Source: Candidatus Thorarchaeota archaeon
GTDB lineage: Archaea; Asgardarchaeota; Thorarchaeia; Thorarchaeales; Thorarchaeaceae
DNA: 64,000 nucleotides
Assembly (NCBI GenBank): GCA_016933575.1
Contig: JAFGAR010000040.1
Span: 1 to 64,000, forward strand
Reading direction: 5' to 3'
The notes below the pieces were generated by a model that did not search any database, had not been told where the DNA came from, and worked only from the letters and a program-made list of their open reading frames with translations. Position 1 is the stretch's first letter. Each line of letters begins with the position of its first letter. Made by a program: the position numbers and the translations under genes. Below, piece after piece: positions 26,891 to 36,588 of the stretch.

Positions 26891-27349
26891 TTAGCTTATC
26901 AATAGGGCATCCCCTCGATTCTGCATCGGATAGGATCGTCTTCCAATACTATTTGCCAATTCCCTTCCAAGTTCTTCAAAATCGAAGTAGAAAACCAGAG
27001 CTGGAGACATATACATAGATGCTCGATGTTGTTCAAGGAAGGACGGAAGCAAGAGACCTGGAAATGGAAACCAGATGAGAATGAACATGATGATATTGAA
27101 AATAAAGAGAAGGCAACTAAGTTGTAGATTAATCTCTGGTATTTGAATATCTGATTTACCTGATTTGCTATATTTTGGGAAAATTATCTTTCTTTGAACG
27201 ATAAATCCGACTATTAGAAATCCAAAACAAAGGGCGACAGGATTGATGAATAATAACCAATAGAAGTCGAGATCTATCAAAGCAGTTACTATGTATATTA
27301 TTCCACATGCAGTATTTAAAAAGAGAAAAAGCAGACCTAGTGGCTTCAC
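26891..27349 (-). CDS. Hypothetical membrane protein
   Basis: Several hydrophobic helices; AT-rich. Confidence 0.55.
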   Translation of the reverse strand: MKPLGLLFLFLNTACGIIYIVTALIDLDFYWLLFINPVALCFGFLIVGFIVQRKIIFPKYSKSGKSDIQIPEINLQLSCLLFIFNIIMFILIWFPFPGLLLPSFLEQHRASMYMSPALVFYFDFEELGRELANSIGRRSYPMQNRGDALLIS

Positions 27350-27616
27350 CTACAAATTCCCCTCATGATTATCTAAACAATAAGCTCTTCTAAATGTGTT
27401 GTTAATAGGTTGTTTTTTTTTTACAAGTCTTCTGACTAGTCCCTTTCCTAGAATGGCAAAATCTCGACTTAGAACAAGTATGGCTAACCCAATTCTTAGA
27501 CCGAATACAACATATCCCTCAAAAGTATGAGGTTGGGTCACGAATATTGGAAACCAGATTATTAACAATGCTATAATGTTCAAAACAAATAGACCAATTT
27601 CTAAAATACGATTCAT
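27350..27616 (-). CDS. Small hypothetical membrane protein, similar to the C-half of the downstream gene
   Basis: Two TM helices; shared NII....IWFP motif. Confidence 0.5.
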   Translation of the reverse strand: MNRILEIGLFVLNIIALLIIWFPIFVTQPHTFEGYVVFGLRIGLAILVLSRDFAILGKGLVRRLVKKKQPINNTFRRAYCLDNHEGNL

Positions 27617-27781
27617 CTCTCTAACATCTTGAGATGATGTTTTTTCCTACTGATATCTCACTATTGAAAATTCTATGAGATTTATGTTAATCTTGTACAA
27701 CAATCTGTTACAAAGGAAATTCAAAATGAACTTATTAGTCTAGAAGTGATTGAGATATCATCGCGCAATAGAGGGAGTGCT

Positions 27782-30610
27782 ATGCCGCCCAGAGGATTGC
27801 TTGCTATCTTTGTAATAATCATAATGTTAGGAATCGGTCAGATTCCATTCTGCAATACTACTACTAATGAAGTTCTAGAGACCATAGAGACAAGTCCTGT
27901 TCCACTGACACTGACATCTCTGGATGAAGACTCTCGACAACGAGTGACTATATCATTTGAACGAGAATTGACTCGCAATGAAATTGACCAGTTCGAGTCT
28001 ATAGGCGTTTCATTTGGAATGTCACCCCGGCATATCGGTACTGTGTATCTTGTTGAGGTTACACAGGAAGCTCTCAATGCAATCACTAAGAATCCACTCT
28101 ACAGAAATGCTGAGCCTCTTCGAACTAAGAATCTCGAGTCCACGCGTGATGTTTCAGTGGTTGAAACCTATTCTGATATTGCATGGACAATGAAAGACCT
28201 TCAACAGCGAACATTGACAGGAAAAGACATTCTTATTGCAGATTTAGACACTGGAATTCAATGGCGTCATCCTGACTTCTTCCACGCAGATGGAGGTCTC
28301 TACGCTTGGACTGACAGTAATACTAATTCCCAGTTCGATAATGGAACCGATGGTATTGAATTCAACAACGACTTCACAATAAGTGCCAATGAAACACTAT
28401 ACACAATCGACACGAACAATAATGGCAATTTTGATGTTGATATTGATTGGATTTGGTTAGATAATGGCACTTCTATAGGCAGTATTGATGATGGTGACAC
28501 ATTCTTTGTTGTAGCTGACACGAATGGCAACAATATCCTAAACGTAGGTGAGAATCTTGTTGCTCTTATGACACCAAAGACAAAGTACATCATTGAGAAG
28601 AACTTGATATCTGTCGACGTGTGGGAACGAGGTGTAAATCTCACATCAAGTACCCATTACGATACAGATGGTCATGGCACTGGTGTAGCTGGTATTCTCA
28701 ATGGCGGACAACTTGGTTATCGTAAGTTTGTCGGGATTGCACCTGATGCTGATCTATTAGCCATCGATATCTTTGGTACCAATAGCCTCACTGTCGAAGA
28801 AGGATTGATTCTAGCCCGAGATTACGGTGCAGATGTAATCCTCATTGAGATAGGTGCATGGAGCTACTTATACCTCGATGGTTCAAGCAATGTTGAGATA
28901 ATGATTAACACTTTGACTCAGAGCGGGATTCCTGTTGTTGTCCCTGCTGGAAATCTTGGAGGAGCCGCACGACATGTTCAGCAAACAGGATTTGCGACTA
29001 TTGCCTTTCCAACACAATTTGTTGTTCCAACTGGTCTAAATGCGAATGAATTATACATCACAGTTCTGTGTACCAAAGATATGAGTCAATCTCAAATCAC
29101 AATTGTGGAACCCACCTCAACAGGATCAATTGTGCATTCACTAAATCCCGGTGTTGGGTATGACAACTGGCAAAGCTCTCCAGTATCTCCAAATGTAACA
29201 ATTGACTCATTTGTTTCAAGTTCAACTCGAGCAACCTTTATGCTTGCCATCGACATTCGCGGAACCATAATGGACACTCAGTTTTGGACAATAAATATAA
29301 TGAATCCTAACGCAGCCAGTTACAACTTCTATATCTCAGATGATGTCACAGGCTGGAGTGGTGGAGCTCAGTGGAATCCAGCACATGGACTCAACGACCT
29401 ATGCACAATAACTTGGCCATCCACCGCAGACCAAGCAATATCTGTTGCATCATATATGTCTAGAAATCTCTGGTCTCCTGGCTATGGTTGGCTTGCTCCG
29501 TATAGCTCAATGGGGCCGCGAGTCGATAATAATCCAAAGATGTCAATATCTGCTCCCGGAGGCTGGGATATAGTATCCCCATGGTCCAGTGATTCTGCTT
29601 GGGCAAGTTGGATGACTGGTGTAGGTGGTCTGCCTCTCTATCCAATGTTTGGTGGATTTCAGCTCTTCAGCGGCACATCTGCAGCAGGCCCTCATGTTGC
29701 TGGAGCAATTGCCCTGATGCTTCAATTGAACAATGACTGCGGGTCTCTTGCTAAGTTCATCATCGAAGCTTCAGCCTATACAGATGGATACACTGGAATT
29801 CTCACACCATGGCCTGGAGCGGCTAATACAAACTGGGGTTTTGGAAAGCTCAATATCAGTAGGGCAATTGAAGAAACACGAAAACTGCCTAGAATCAATG
29901 ATATTGATAGGACTCCAGATAGTCCTCAATATTCGGATTCGGTGTCAATAACAGCAAATATCACAAACACAGATTTTGTAGAAATCTGGTGGACAAATAG
30001 CAGCTGGTCAAGTCAGAGTCAACTCAATATGACACTGTCCGGAGGTATTTATTCAAGTACAATACCCACTCACAGCTTTGGTACTGACATTGATTACATA
30101 ATTAAAGCAAGAAATGCAAGTGCCATCACAAGTCTGGACTTTTCCTACTCCTACGTAGTTGATGACCGAGTGATCCCGATTCTAACTGGAGTCACAAACA
30201 ACATGACAACAATCGTCTATGATAATATGTTTGTGGAGGTAAATGCTAGTGTTTCTGAACCCTCAGGAGCTTCGGGACTTGCTTCCGTAGTCCTTGAGGT
30301 TTCTTTCGATAATTGGGTCACAGTCAATACAATTACCATGACTGGTAGTGCTGGACAATATACTGGAACCATTTCTCCAGTTCCTGTTGGATTGACTGCA
30401 AGATTTCATGTAAAAGCCACTGATAATGCAGGAAATGTTGCCCAATCATCTGACTATTTCTTTGTTACTCAGGGACAATCTACCACAACAACTACAACCA
30501 CAACATCTCGGGGTCTTGTTGATCTCATTCTTGACAACTTGACAGTAGTGATTGGAGCCACAGTAGGTCTGCTACTCATCCTAATGATACTACTACGACG
30601 GAGAAGATAG
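27782..30610 (+). CDS. Membrane-anchored S8 (subtilisin-like) serine protease with a Ca-binding insert
   Basis: Signal peptide; triad DLDTG / HGTGVAG / GTSAAGP; DxNxNGxxD repeats; Thr-rich linker, TM helix, RRRR tail. Confidence 0.92.
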   Translation: MPPRGLLAIFVIIIMLGIGQIPFCNTTTNEVLETIETSPVPLTLTSLDEDSRQRVTISFERELTRNEIDQFESIGVSFGMSPRHIGTVYLVEVTQEALNAITKNPLYRNAEPLRTKNLESTRDVSVVETYSDIAWTMKDLQQRTLTGKDILIADLDTGIQWRHPDFFHADGGLYAWTDSNTNSQFDNGTDGIEFNNDFTISANETLYTIDTNNNGNFDVDIDWIWLDNGTSIGSIDDGDTFFVVADTNGNNILNVGENLVALMTPKTKYIIEKNLISVDVWERGVNLTSSTHYDTDGHGTGVAGILNGGQLGYRKFVGIAPDADLLAIDIFGTNSLTVEEGLILARDYGADVILIEIGAWSYLYLDGSSNVEIMINTLTQSGIPVVVPAGNLGGAARHVQQTGFATIAFPTQFVVPTGLNANELYITVLCTKDMSQSQITIVEPTSTGSIVHSLNPGVGYDNWQSSPVSPNVTIDSFVSSSTRATFMLAIDIRGTIMDTQFWTINIMNPNAASYNFYISDDVTGWSGGAQWNPAHGLNDLCTITWPSTADQAISVASYMSRNLWSPGYGWLAPYSSMGPRVDNNPKMSISAPGGWDIVSPWSSDSAWASWMTGVGGLPLYPMFGGFQLFSGTSAAGPHVAGAIALMLQLNNDCGSLAKFIIEASAYTDGYTGILTPWPGAANTNWGFGKLNISRAIEETRKLPRINDIDRTPDSPQYSDSVSITANITNTDFVEIWWTNSSWSSQSQLNMTLSGGIYSSTIPTHSFGTDIDYIIKARNASAITSLDFSYSYVVDDRVIPILTGVTNNMTTIVYDNMFVEVNASVSEPSGASGLASVVLEVSFDNWVTVNTITMTGSAGQYTGTISPVPVGLTARFHVKATDNAGNVAQSSDYFFVTQGQSTTTTTTTTSRGLVDLILDNLTVVIGATVGLLLILMILLRRRR

Positions 30611-30617
30611 TATACAT

Positions 30618-30644
30618 GGTTAGTCACAAATCTGGTGACTAACC
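30618..30644. terminator. Perfect 10-bp inverted repeat between convergent genes
   Basis: GGTTAGTCAC-aaatctg-GTGACTAACC, 7 nt after the S8 protease stop. Confidence 0.55.
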
Positions 30645-30694
30645 TCCATTGCATCCAGTAACAGTCGTGCTAAAAAGAATCGAGTTACTCCGTT

Positions 30695-31438
30695 TTAGGA
30701 ATCTTCTTTATTCTTCAGCCAGTCGTGTTCAATACGTTTCTCTCGATTATAGTGTCCCATCTCGCCACCGGTGGCTTTGGCATTGCCGCTTTGAATGACT
30801 CTGCCCTCAAAGAGAATCAGAAGAATTCCAGGGATGAATGGAGTTAGATCTAAGTCTAATATGAGTCCTATTACGCCAAGCCATAACGTAGTAATTACTG
30901 TCCAAATTCCAGCAAAAAAGAAGAACCATTTACGTTTCGATGCTGGAGCTTTGAGAAATGTCATATAATCAATCTTCAACGTTGGTTCATAATATTGATC
31001 TCGACACATACCAAGAATCTTGATTCCAGTCCACTTTCCGGCAATGAAACGACCAAATGGATAGAGAAAGGCTACTACTCCGAAGACGAAAAGAAATCGA
31101 ACTCCAAAGATCGTCCAGTCCGAAATAGTCCATGCGAGTAGATTCATCCAATCCAAATGAAATCCTAGAGTCCAGATATAGCCCCAGAGTGATAAGAGAC
31201 CTAGAAGCCCTTCAATCGACAAGGATGGTCCTAATGCAAAGGTTCTGCCTCTTTCTGCTTCAAAAAGCATCTCTCGAATCTCAGCAGCAACCACTATCTC
31301 TTTTTCATTTGGAGATACTTCTCTCTTTATCTCCCGAACCATTTTCCAAAATTCCTTGCGCACTTCCTTTGGAGTGGAAGATGGATTTCTAGAAATACTC
31401 TCATGTATCTCTTGTAGCCTATCAATTCTCGAACTCAT
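30695..31438 (-). CDS. Hypothetical multi-pass membrane protein
   Basis: 247 aa, about 4 TM helices; PTLKIDY.TFL motif. Confidence 0.7.
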   Translation of the reverse strand: MSSRIDRLQEIHESISRNPSSTPKEVRKEFWKMVREIKREVSPNEKEIVVAAEIREMLFEAERGRTFALGPSLSIEGLLGLLSLWGYIWTLGFHLDWMNLLAWTISDWTIFGVRFLFVFGVVAFLYPFGRFIAGKWTGIKILGMCRDQYYEPTLKIDYMTFLKAPASKRKWFFFFAGIWTVITTLWLGVIGLILDLDLTPFIPGILLILFEGRVIQSGNAKATGGEMGHYNREKRIEHDWLKNKEDS

Positions 31439-31565
31439 ATTGTATGACCTTTTTAAAATTGCTAGCTTTGTTTTTAGCCAATCGTTTGATATAACTACTC
31501 TGGCCGATGATTCTCAAAGAACATCTAATTGATAAGAGAATATGTCTAAAATATACTATCAACCT

Positions 31566-31588
31566 TCTATAGATTACAAATCTATAGA
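31566..31588. promoter_or_regulatory. Perfect palindromic candidate operator in a divergent promoter
   Basis: TCTATAGATT-aca-AATCTATAGA just upstream of the GGAGG RBS of the gene at 31607. Confidence 0.5.
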
Positions 31589-31606
31589 GTTAGGGAGGTT
31601 GAAGAC

Positions 31607-32131
31607 GTGGTTAAATGGGAATTAATTGTTGCAATCGTAGCTGGTTCTCTTATTTTTCTCTCTGATTTGCTATTTGGATGGTTGACACTCATCTGTGGGC
31701 CTATTCCTGTTATCTTCATCATAGCTATAATTATTGGAATCTTCGCAGGAAATGTAGGTGATGCCCTTCTGAGTACCTTTCTCTCTTGGGTTCTTGGAAT
31801 TCTCCTTGGCGTACTTCTTGCGCCGCTTATTTTTGCAGGACTGTTAGCAGAAGGTCAAGATTTCTTTGGGCTTTTCCTGTTAGTCTTTCTATACTCCTTG
31901 CGAGGAATGTTCTCATGGCAATTGGAAGGGACTATTGTTGAGGTCTTCCTTATGGGCTTTATCTATCTAATCGTAATGCTTGTCGTCGCTCCAATCATCT
32001 ATCTAATTTCATTTGTCTTCGCAGTGCTTGGTGGTATAATTGGAAAGCTCATTAGAGAGCGCTTTATCAAAGAGAAATCACCTATACAACAGACTCGACA
32101 AGGAGAACCTGAATCAACTGATCTTCAGTAG
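31607..32131 (+). CDS. Hypothetical Gly-rich membrane protein
   Basis: About 5 TM helices; GGAGG RBS. Confidence 0.75.
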   Translation: MVKWELIVAIVAGSLIFLSDLLFGWLTLICGPIPVIFIIAIIIGIFAGNVGDALLSTFLSWVLGILLGVLLAPLIFAGLLAEGQDFFGLFLLVFLYSLRGMFSWQLEGTIVEVFLMGFIYLIVMLVVAPIIYLISFVFAVLGGIIGKLIRERFIKEKSPIQQTRQGEPESTDLQ

Positions 32132-32137
32132 CATGTA

Positions 32138-33154
32138 TCATTCAACAAGGCTAGTGTACTCTCTTGTGAATGAACGCCTTAGCTGGTCCTTTATTTTAGG
32201 ATCTAGGAATGAAGATTGAATGCTGTCCAATGATATCTTGAAAAGTTCATCAACAGAAAATCCTAACTCCTGATGCAACTGAATGAACTCATAATTCATA
32301 TCGGTATGGAATAGTGAAGGATCATCACTATTCACTGAAACAAGCAGTCCTTTATCGAAGAAATCTCTTATTGGATGTTCCTTAATTGAATGCACTGCGC
32401 CAGTTCGCAAATTACTCACAGGACACATCTCAATTCCAATTCTCTTCTGCTTTAGATATTCTATCAGATTGGGATCTTGTTGAGCAGATACACCATGGCC
32501 TATTCGTTCGACGTTTAGATATTGTATTGCTTCCCAGATTGACTCAGGTCCCGCTGCTTCTCCTGCATGAGCAACTCGATGAAGCCCCATCTTAGCTGCG
32601 CGTCTGTAGACATCTGCAAATCTTTTTGGAGGATACATCTTCTCATTTCCTCCGAGGTCAATGGATACGATATTATTTGGATCTTCAGCAATATAGTCCA
32701 AAATGCTCATTGCCTCTTCAATGGTTGATGTTCGTACTATATCTATTCTAATATCAGCTTCTAAACCAAAGTCACGTTTTGCATTCTTAATGCCTCTTCT
32801 GATGGCGTTCAGCATTTTGTTAAACTGCAATCCCTTGGATATGTGATCCATTGGGGAGAAACTCGCCTCAACATATTTCGTGTTGCATCTTGCACAATTC
32901 TCCAGCATCTCATATGTGATGCGTTCAAAGTGTCTTTCATCAATAATATAGTCAACTATCTCCATATAGCACTGGATGAAGTTCATAAAGTCTGAATATT
33001 CGAAACGCTTGACAATGTCATCTTTATTGTTGTATGCTGATTCGATGTTATCGGTTTCAATTATAGAGAGCAAGGTTTCAGGACGAATCGAGCCTAGGAT
33101 GTGCAGATGAAGTTCAATCTTTGGCAATGCTTTGATTAGGTTCTTCGAGGTCAT
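32138..33154 (-). CDS. add: Adenosine/adenine deaminase
   Basis: PKIELHLHILGS, HAGE, ERIGHG, EMCPVSN, VNSDDP. Confidence 0.93.
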   Translation of the reverse strand: MTSKNLIKALPKIELHLHILGSIRPETLLSIIETDNIESAYNNKDDIVKRFEYSDFMNFIQCYMEIVDYIIDERHFERITYEMLENCARCNTKYVEASFSPMDHISKGLQFNKMLNAIRRGIKNAKRDFGLEADIRIDIVRTSTIEEAMSILDYIAEDPNNIVSIDLGGNEKMYPPKRFADVYRRAAKMGLHRVAHAGEAAGPESIWEAIQYLNVERIGHGVSAQQDPNLIEYLKQKRIGIEMCPVSNLRTGAVHSIKEHPIRDFFDKGLLVSVNSDDPSLFHTDMNYEFIQLHQELGFSVDELFKISLDSIQSSFLDPKIKDQLRRSFTREYTSLVE

Positions 33155-33262
33155 TTGCTAAAATCATCATCCGTGCATGTTAAAGTTTTAGAAGTTCCTT
33201 TGCTGAGGATTATTCTCCAAATGTTTAATATGTTTCACAGACTCAATGAGAAACGAGACAAT

Positions 33263-33487
33263 ATGGCGGAAATACCATTTGCATCCGGGCCTGGTGGAGA
33301 GAACCGTGTGTATCGATCCCGTACCAATAAAGTTCTCTTTGGAGTATGTGGGGGTCTAGGTAATTATCTGAATGTAGATCCTACTCTAATTCGATTAATC
33401 TGGATTGTCTTCTCTCTTGTCTATGGGGCTGGTATACTTGCATATCTCATTGCTATCATTATCATCCCCGAAGAACCAACAATGTAA
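33263..33487 (+). CDS. pspC: PspC domain protein
   Basis: YRSRTNKVLFGVCGGLGNYLNVDPTLIRL..YLIAIIIIP. Confidence 0.9.
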   Translation: MAEIPFASGPGGENRVYRSRTNKVLFGVCGGLGNYLNVDPTLIRLIWIVFSLVYGAGILAYLIAIIIIPEEPTM

Positions 33488-33748
33488 CTTGTTTTATCTT
33501 TCTAGCAATGCCCATTAACTTCTGACTGGTCTTATATAATACCCAGATATATTGGCCATTTGTTAAGTCGCAGAGTTATTTGAGTATATGGACATTATTG
33601 ATGCCATTGAATAGCATCGTATATTTACTGAATACAACAACAGACCCTTGTTAGAATGATACTAGACCATGAATAGGCTCATTATAATCTGGGTCTATTT
33701 CTCAATACTGGTTATATTCAGAAATTGTTATCTTTTTACTGATAAGAA

Positions 33749-34084
33749 ATGACGATAAGAATAGAATCAGCATCCCTATCAGTTCCTATCAAAGAATGCG
33801 CATGCGGTCAGTGTAGCTGTATCATTCTGTATACTAGCCCAAAATGTATTCTATGTAATGCTGCTCTTGAAATTCTATATTCAGTCATTTCTGATTTTGG
33901 CCTTTCACAGGATGTGGTCAGTATAGTCGATATCACATCTGAGGAAGAAGCGTGTAACATTCCACCTACTGCGAGCCTTCCCGCCATGAAAATTTGTCAG
34001 GAACTACTAACTGGTCTACCTGATTTAGATGTGGCACGTGGAGCAGTTATGCACGCCGTTCTAAAAGGTTGTTTCTCTAATTAG
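33749..34084 (+). CDS. Cys-rich thioredoxin-fold protein, paralog of 12558..12881
   Basis: LYTSPKCILC, ISDFG, SLPAM, TGLPD; extra CACGQCSC. Confidence 0.65.
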   Translation: MTIRIESASLSVPIKECACGQCSCIILYTSPKCILCNAALEILYSVISDFGLSQDVVSIVDITSEEEACNIPPTASLPAMKICQELLTGLPDLDVARGAVMHAVLKGCFSN

Positions 34085-34132
34085 AAAGGCTGCATCTAAA
34101 TTTGCCATAACGAAAACTGCAATCCTACAAGA

Positions 34133-34426
34133 CTATCGAGTGACTCTTAGATTCGCAAGACTTCTCCAGATCTCAGCGTGTCTCTGAAGTTCCATAATTC
34201 GTTCGTGATCTACATGATATAGTGGTTTTCTCATATCCATAAGATTCGGTACTTTTTTACAAAAGTTACCAGACTGTAATGTCTTCAGAGCTAATGTGAC
34301 AGTCCTCATGGCTAGCCCACTTTTTGACGCAATCTCCTGTGGACACATTGGGCCATCCTGAGCTAACTTATCTAAGACAATCAATGTGCTCTTTGTTAGA
34401 TTAATAGGTAGACTCATTCTGATCAC
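34133..34426 (-). CDS. Winged-helix HTH protein (MarR/ArsR-like)
   Basis: GPMCPQEIASKSGLAMRTVTLALKTL..PNLMDMRKPLY. Confidence 0.8.
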   Translation of the reverse strand: MIRMSLPINLTKSTLIVLDKLAQDGPMCPQEIASKSGLAMRTVTLALKTLQSGNFCKKVPNLMDMRKPLYHVDHERIMELQRHAEIWRSLANLRVTR

Positions 34427-34547
34427 CGGTACACAGCGGATTGAAAAGCCAAAAGTGTCACAATCACCACATATGGCTTAGGACGCCTTGCCTTCAATTC
34501 ACATGCTTCATAATAAGGATTGTCAATAAAGTAATTCTTTGTGTATC

Positions 34548-35291
34548 TCAAGTCACATAGAGAATCGCATTTCCTTTTTTCCCTGCAGTTCTCAATACAT
34601 CCATCTTTCTCAGACAATAGGTCATCTTCTGAGCTATTCGTCTTGGAATTCCTGTTATCTCAGCAAGCTGGCTTGTTGTAAATGGACGTTCCAGAGAATC
34701 AGGTATGAGATGCAAGAAATCCTTGGGTTCGTGATAGACGCGCCTATCAACGATCTCAATCAGTCTTCTATCAATACTAGACCATCCCCTTCTTCTCCAA
34801 CTACCCTTTCCATCTTTTCTGCGAATCTCCTCCTCCTTAGTGAGGATGATCTCAAGCGAGAAATTGGAGTGAATGAGGAAAGTGGGTATACTCACCAGTT
34901 CTTCGAAGATATTTGCAAAATCCTTCCTTTTTGGGGAGCGTCGTCTACTAACATCGTTCTTACCATCTGGGCTTTGTCGTAGAATCCATCTCTCAGCAGC
35001 TATAGGATGTACAAGTCTAACACGGTGGTCTTTCATTAGTTTGAACAGCTTGTCCTTTATTGCAGAGAAACTACTAGTCTGTATTTCTATCAATAGGTCA
35101 TCCTTGACCACATCAATTATGTATCCATCGACATTGACTTCAAACTGACTCCCAGAGCCCTCATATAGCTCTTTAATTGCAGCATGGAGAGACCTCTCTT
35201 GGAGGGTTCCTATGCCTCCATCATTCACCATAACATATCGACTTCCGAGTTCCCTTATTGGTTGTTCTATTATCTGTCCAATATACTCCAT
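34548..35291 (-). CDS. PD-(D/E)xK-like nuclease-fold protein with C-terminal HTH
   Basis: ERSLH..E..IDV..LIEIQT; FTTSQLA..AQKMTYCL helix-turn-helix. Confidence 0.65.
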   Translation of the reverse strand: MEYIGQIIEQPIRELGSRYVMVNDGGIGTLQERSLHAAIKELYEGSGSQFEVNVDGYIIDVVKDDLLIEIQTSSFSAIKDKLFKLMKDHRVRLVHPIAAERWILRQSPDGKNDVSRRRSPKRKDFANIFEELVSIPTFLIHSNFSLEIILTKEEEIRRKDGKGSWRRRGWSSIDRRLIEIVDRRVYHEPKDFLHLIPDSLERPFTTSQLAEITGIPRRIAQKMTYCLRKMDVLRTAGKKGNAILYVT

Positions 35292-35292
35292 A

Positions 35293-35754
35293 CTAGAGAT
35301 GCTTAGTCCAAATTACTCCATCATCATGAGGATATAGATGGGGAATTATTGCGCTTTCTGTAAATCCATTCTCCTTGTAGAACTTACGTGCAATCTCATT
35401 TTGCTTTTCCATAAATAGGATGATAACCCTCAAATCATACCCTCTATCAGAATAAAACTTCGAGGCTTCTTTAACAAAGGTGTCAACAAGGCGCGTTGCT
35501 ATTTTCTGCCTTTGGTATGCTTTATTGACTCCAATACTTACTAGTTCGACAACACCGTCGTCATATCCTCCCCTGGTGTCCCAAGTCAATGTACCACAGA
35601 GTTCGTTATCTTGCAGAGCTAGCATTGTTTTGAAATGGTGTATCAAGTCGCTTGCGAAAGTTGCTGCTCTTTCTTTGTGTTCTTCGACTTCGGTGAGATA
35701 CATGTCCTCGAGGAGTTTTTGGTCCGCACTGGTTGCGTTTCTTATTTCCAACAT
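35293..35754 (-). CDS. GNAT family N-acetyltransferase
   Basis: IGVNKAYQRQKIATRL and NEIARKFYKENGF motifs. Confidence 0.88.
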   Translation of the reverse strand: MLEIRNATSADQKLLEDMYLTEVEEHKERAATFASDLIHHFKTMLALQDNELCGTLTWDTRGGYDDGVVELVSIGVNKAYQRQKIATRLVDTFVKEASKFYSDRGYDLRVIILFMEKQNEIARKFYKENGFTESAIIPHLYPHDDGVIWTKHL

Positions 35755-35802
35755 TGCATCTTCGAATGCGGATCCACTCCGTTTATTATTTTCCTAATTC
35801 CA

Positions 35803-36588
35803 TTATTCGATGATAACTACGGCATCCACGAATAACTCGTAATCTTCATCTTCATCTAGATTCTTAATCAGTACTCTCTCAACTTCAAACTCACCACGAA
35901 CTTCCAAGAGTCTTGATTGATACAAGACCTTTACACTTGAGCTTGCCAGATTCTCTGCGAGTTCGGGACTGATTACAAGAGTATCGTCCGGTGTAAGAAG
36001 CACAACACGATCTGTAACTTCTGTCAGATTAATTGCGGTTTTGACTGATTCATCACCTGAATAGAGTATCAGTGTTCTCTGATCCTTGAAATCCTTGAGA
36101 TTTTCCACACTAAGATATACACCTTTATCGAGGAATTCGTCCTTTCCAACGAGACATTCGACTTCCTCTTGCACTTTCACGTTTTCCTCTGAAACTTCTT
36201 CGCCCCGACCTTTCTTGTAGGTTTTGATTGCTTCATGAAGTGCATCAGCAGCAAGATTCGAACAATGCATCTTGATAGGTGGTAGTCCGTCAAGTTCATC
36301 AGCGACATCCTGTCGTGTAAGCTTCATCGCCTCATCAAGGGTCATTCCAATGACCATCTCAGTTGTCATACTCGTTGTGGCAATTGCAGAACCGCATCCG
36401 AAAGTTCTGAATTTTGCATCTGTAATCTTATCACCATCTACTCGAATGAATACCTCCATGATATCACCGCATGTCGGATTCCCCACTTTTCCGACAGCCA
36501 CATCATCTCCCTCAAGTGTACCTACATTCCGCGGATTTCGGAAGTGGTCAAGAACTTTCTCACTATATTTAGTTGATTTCATTATCAC
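35803..36588 (-). CDS. iscU: Fe-S scaffold IscU/NifU fused to a degenerate thioredoxin-reductase NADPH-binding domain
   Basis: YSEKVLDHF.NPRN.G, CGD, FGCGSAIA, LPPIKMHCS; about 130-aa C-terminal TrxB-like extension. Confidence 0.88.
   Translation of the reverse strand: MIMKSTKYSEKVLDHFRNPRNVGTLEGDDVAVGKVGNPTCGDIMEVFIRVDGDKITDAKFRTFGCGSAIATTSMTTEMVIGMTLDEAMKLTRQDVADELDGLPPIKMHCSNLAADALHEAIKTYKKGRGEEVSEENVKVQEEVECLVGKDEFLDKGVYLSVENLKDFKDQRTLILYSGDESVKTAINLTEVTDRVVLLTPDDTLVISPELAENLASSSVKVLYQSRLLEVRGEFEVERVLIKNLDEDEDYELFVDAVVIIE

Noticed and set aside
27350-27352. Pyrrolysine read-through of the TAG between two membrane ORFs
   Set aside because: The downstream GTG has its own purine-rich RBS (GAGGGG), and there are no pyl genes or methylamine methyltransferase context here.
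30478-30506. ACN-rich tandem repeat
   Set aside because: It encodes the poly-Thr linker of the surface protease; it is not a DNA repeat element.
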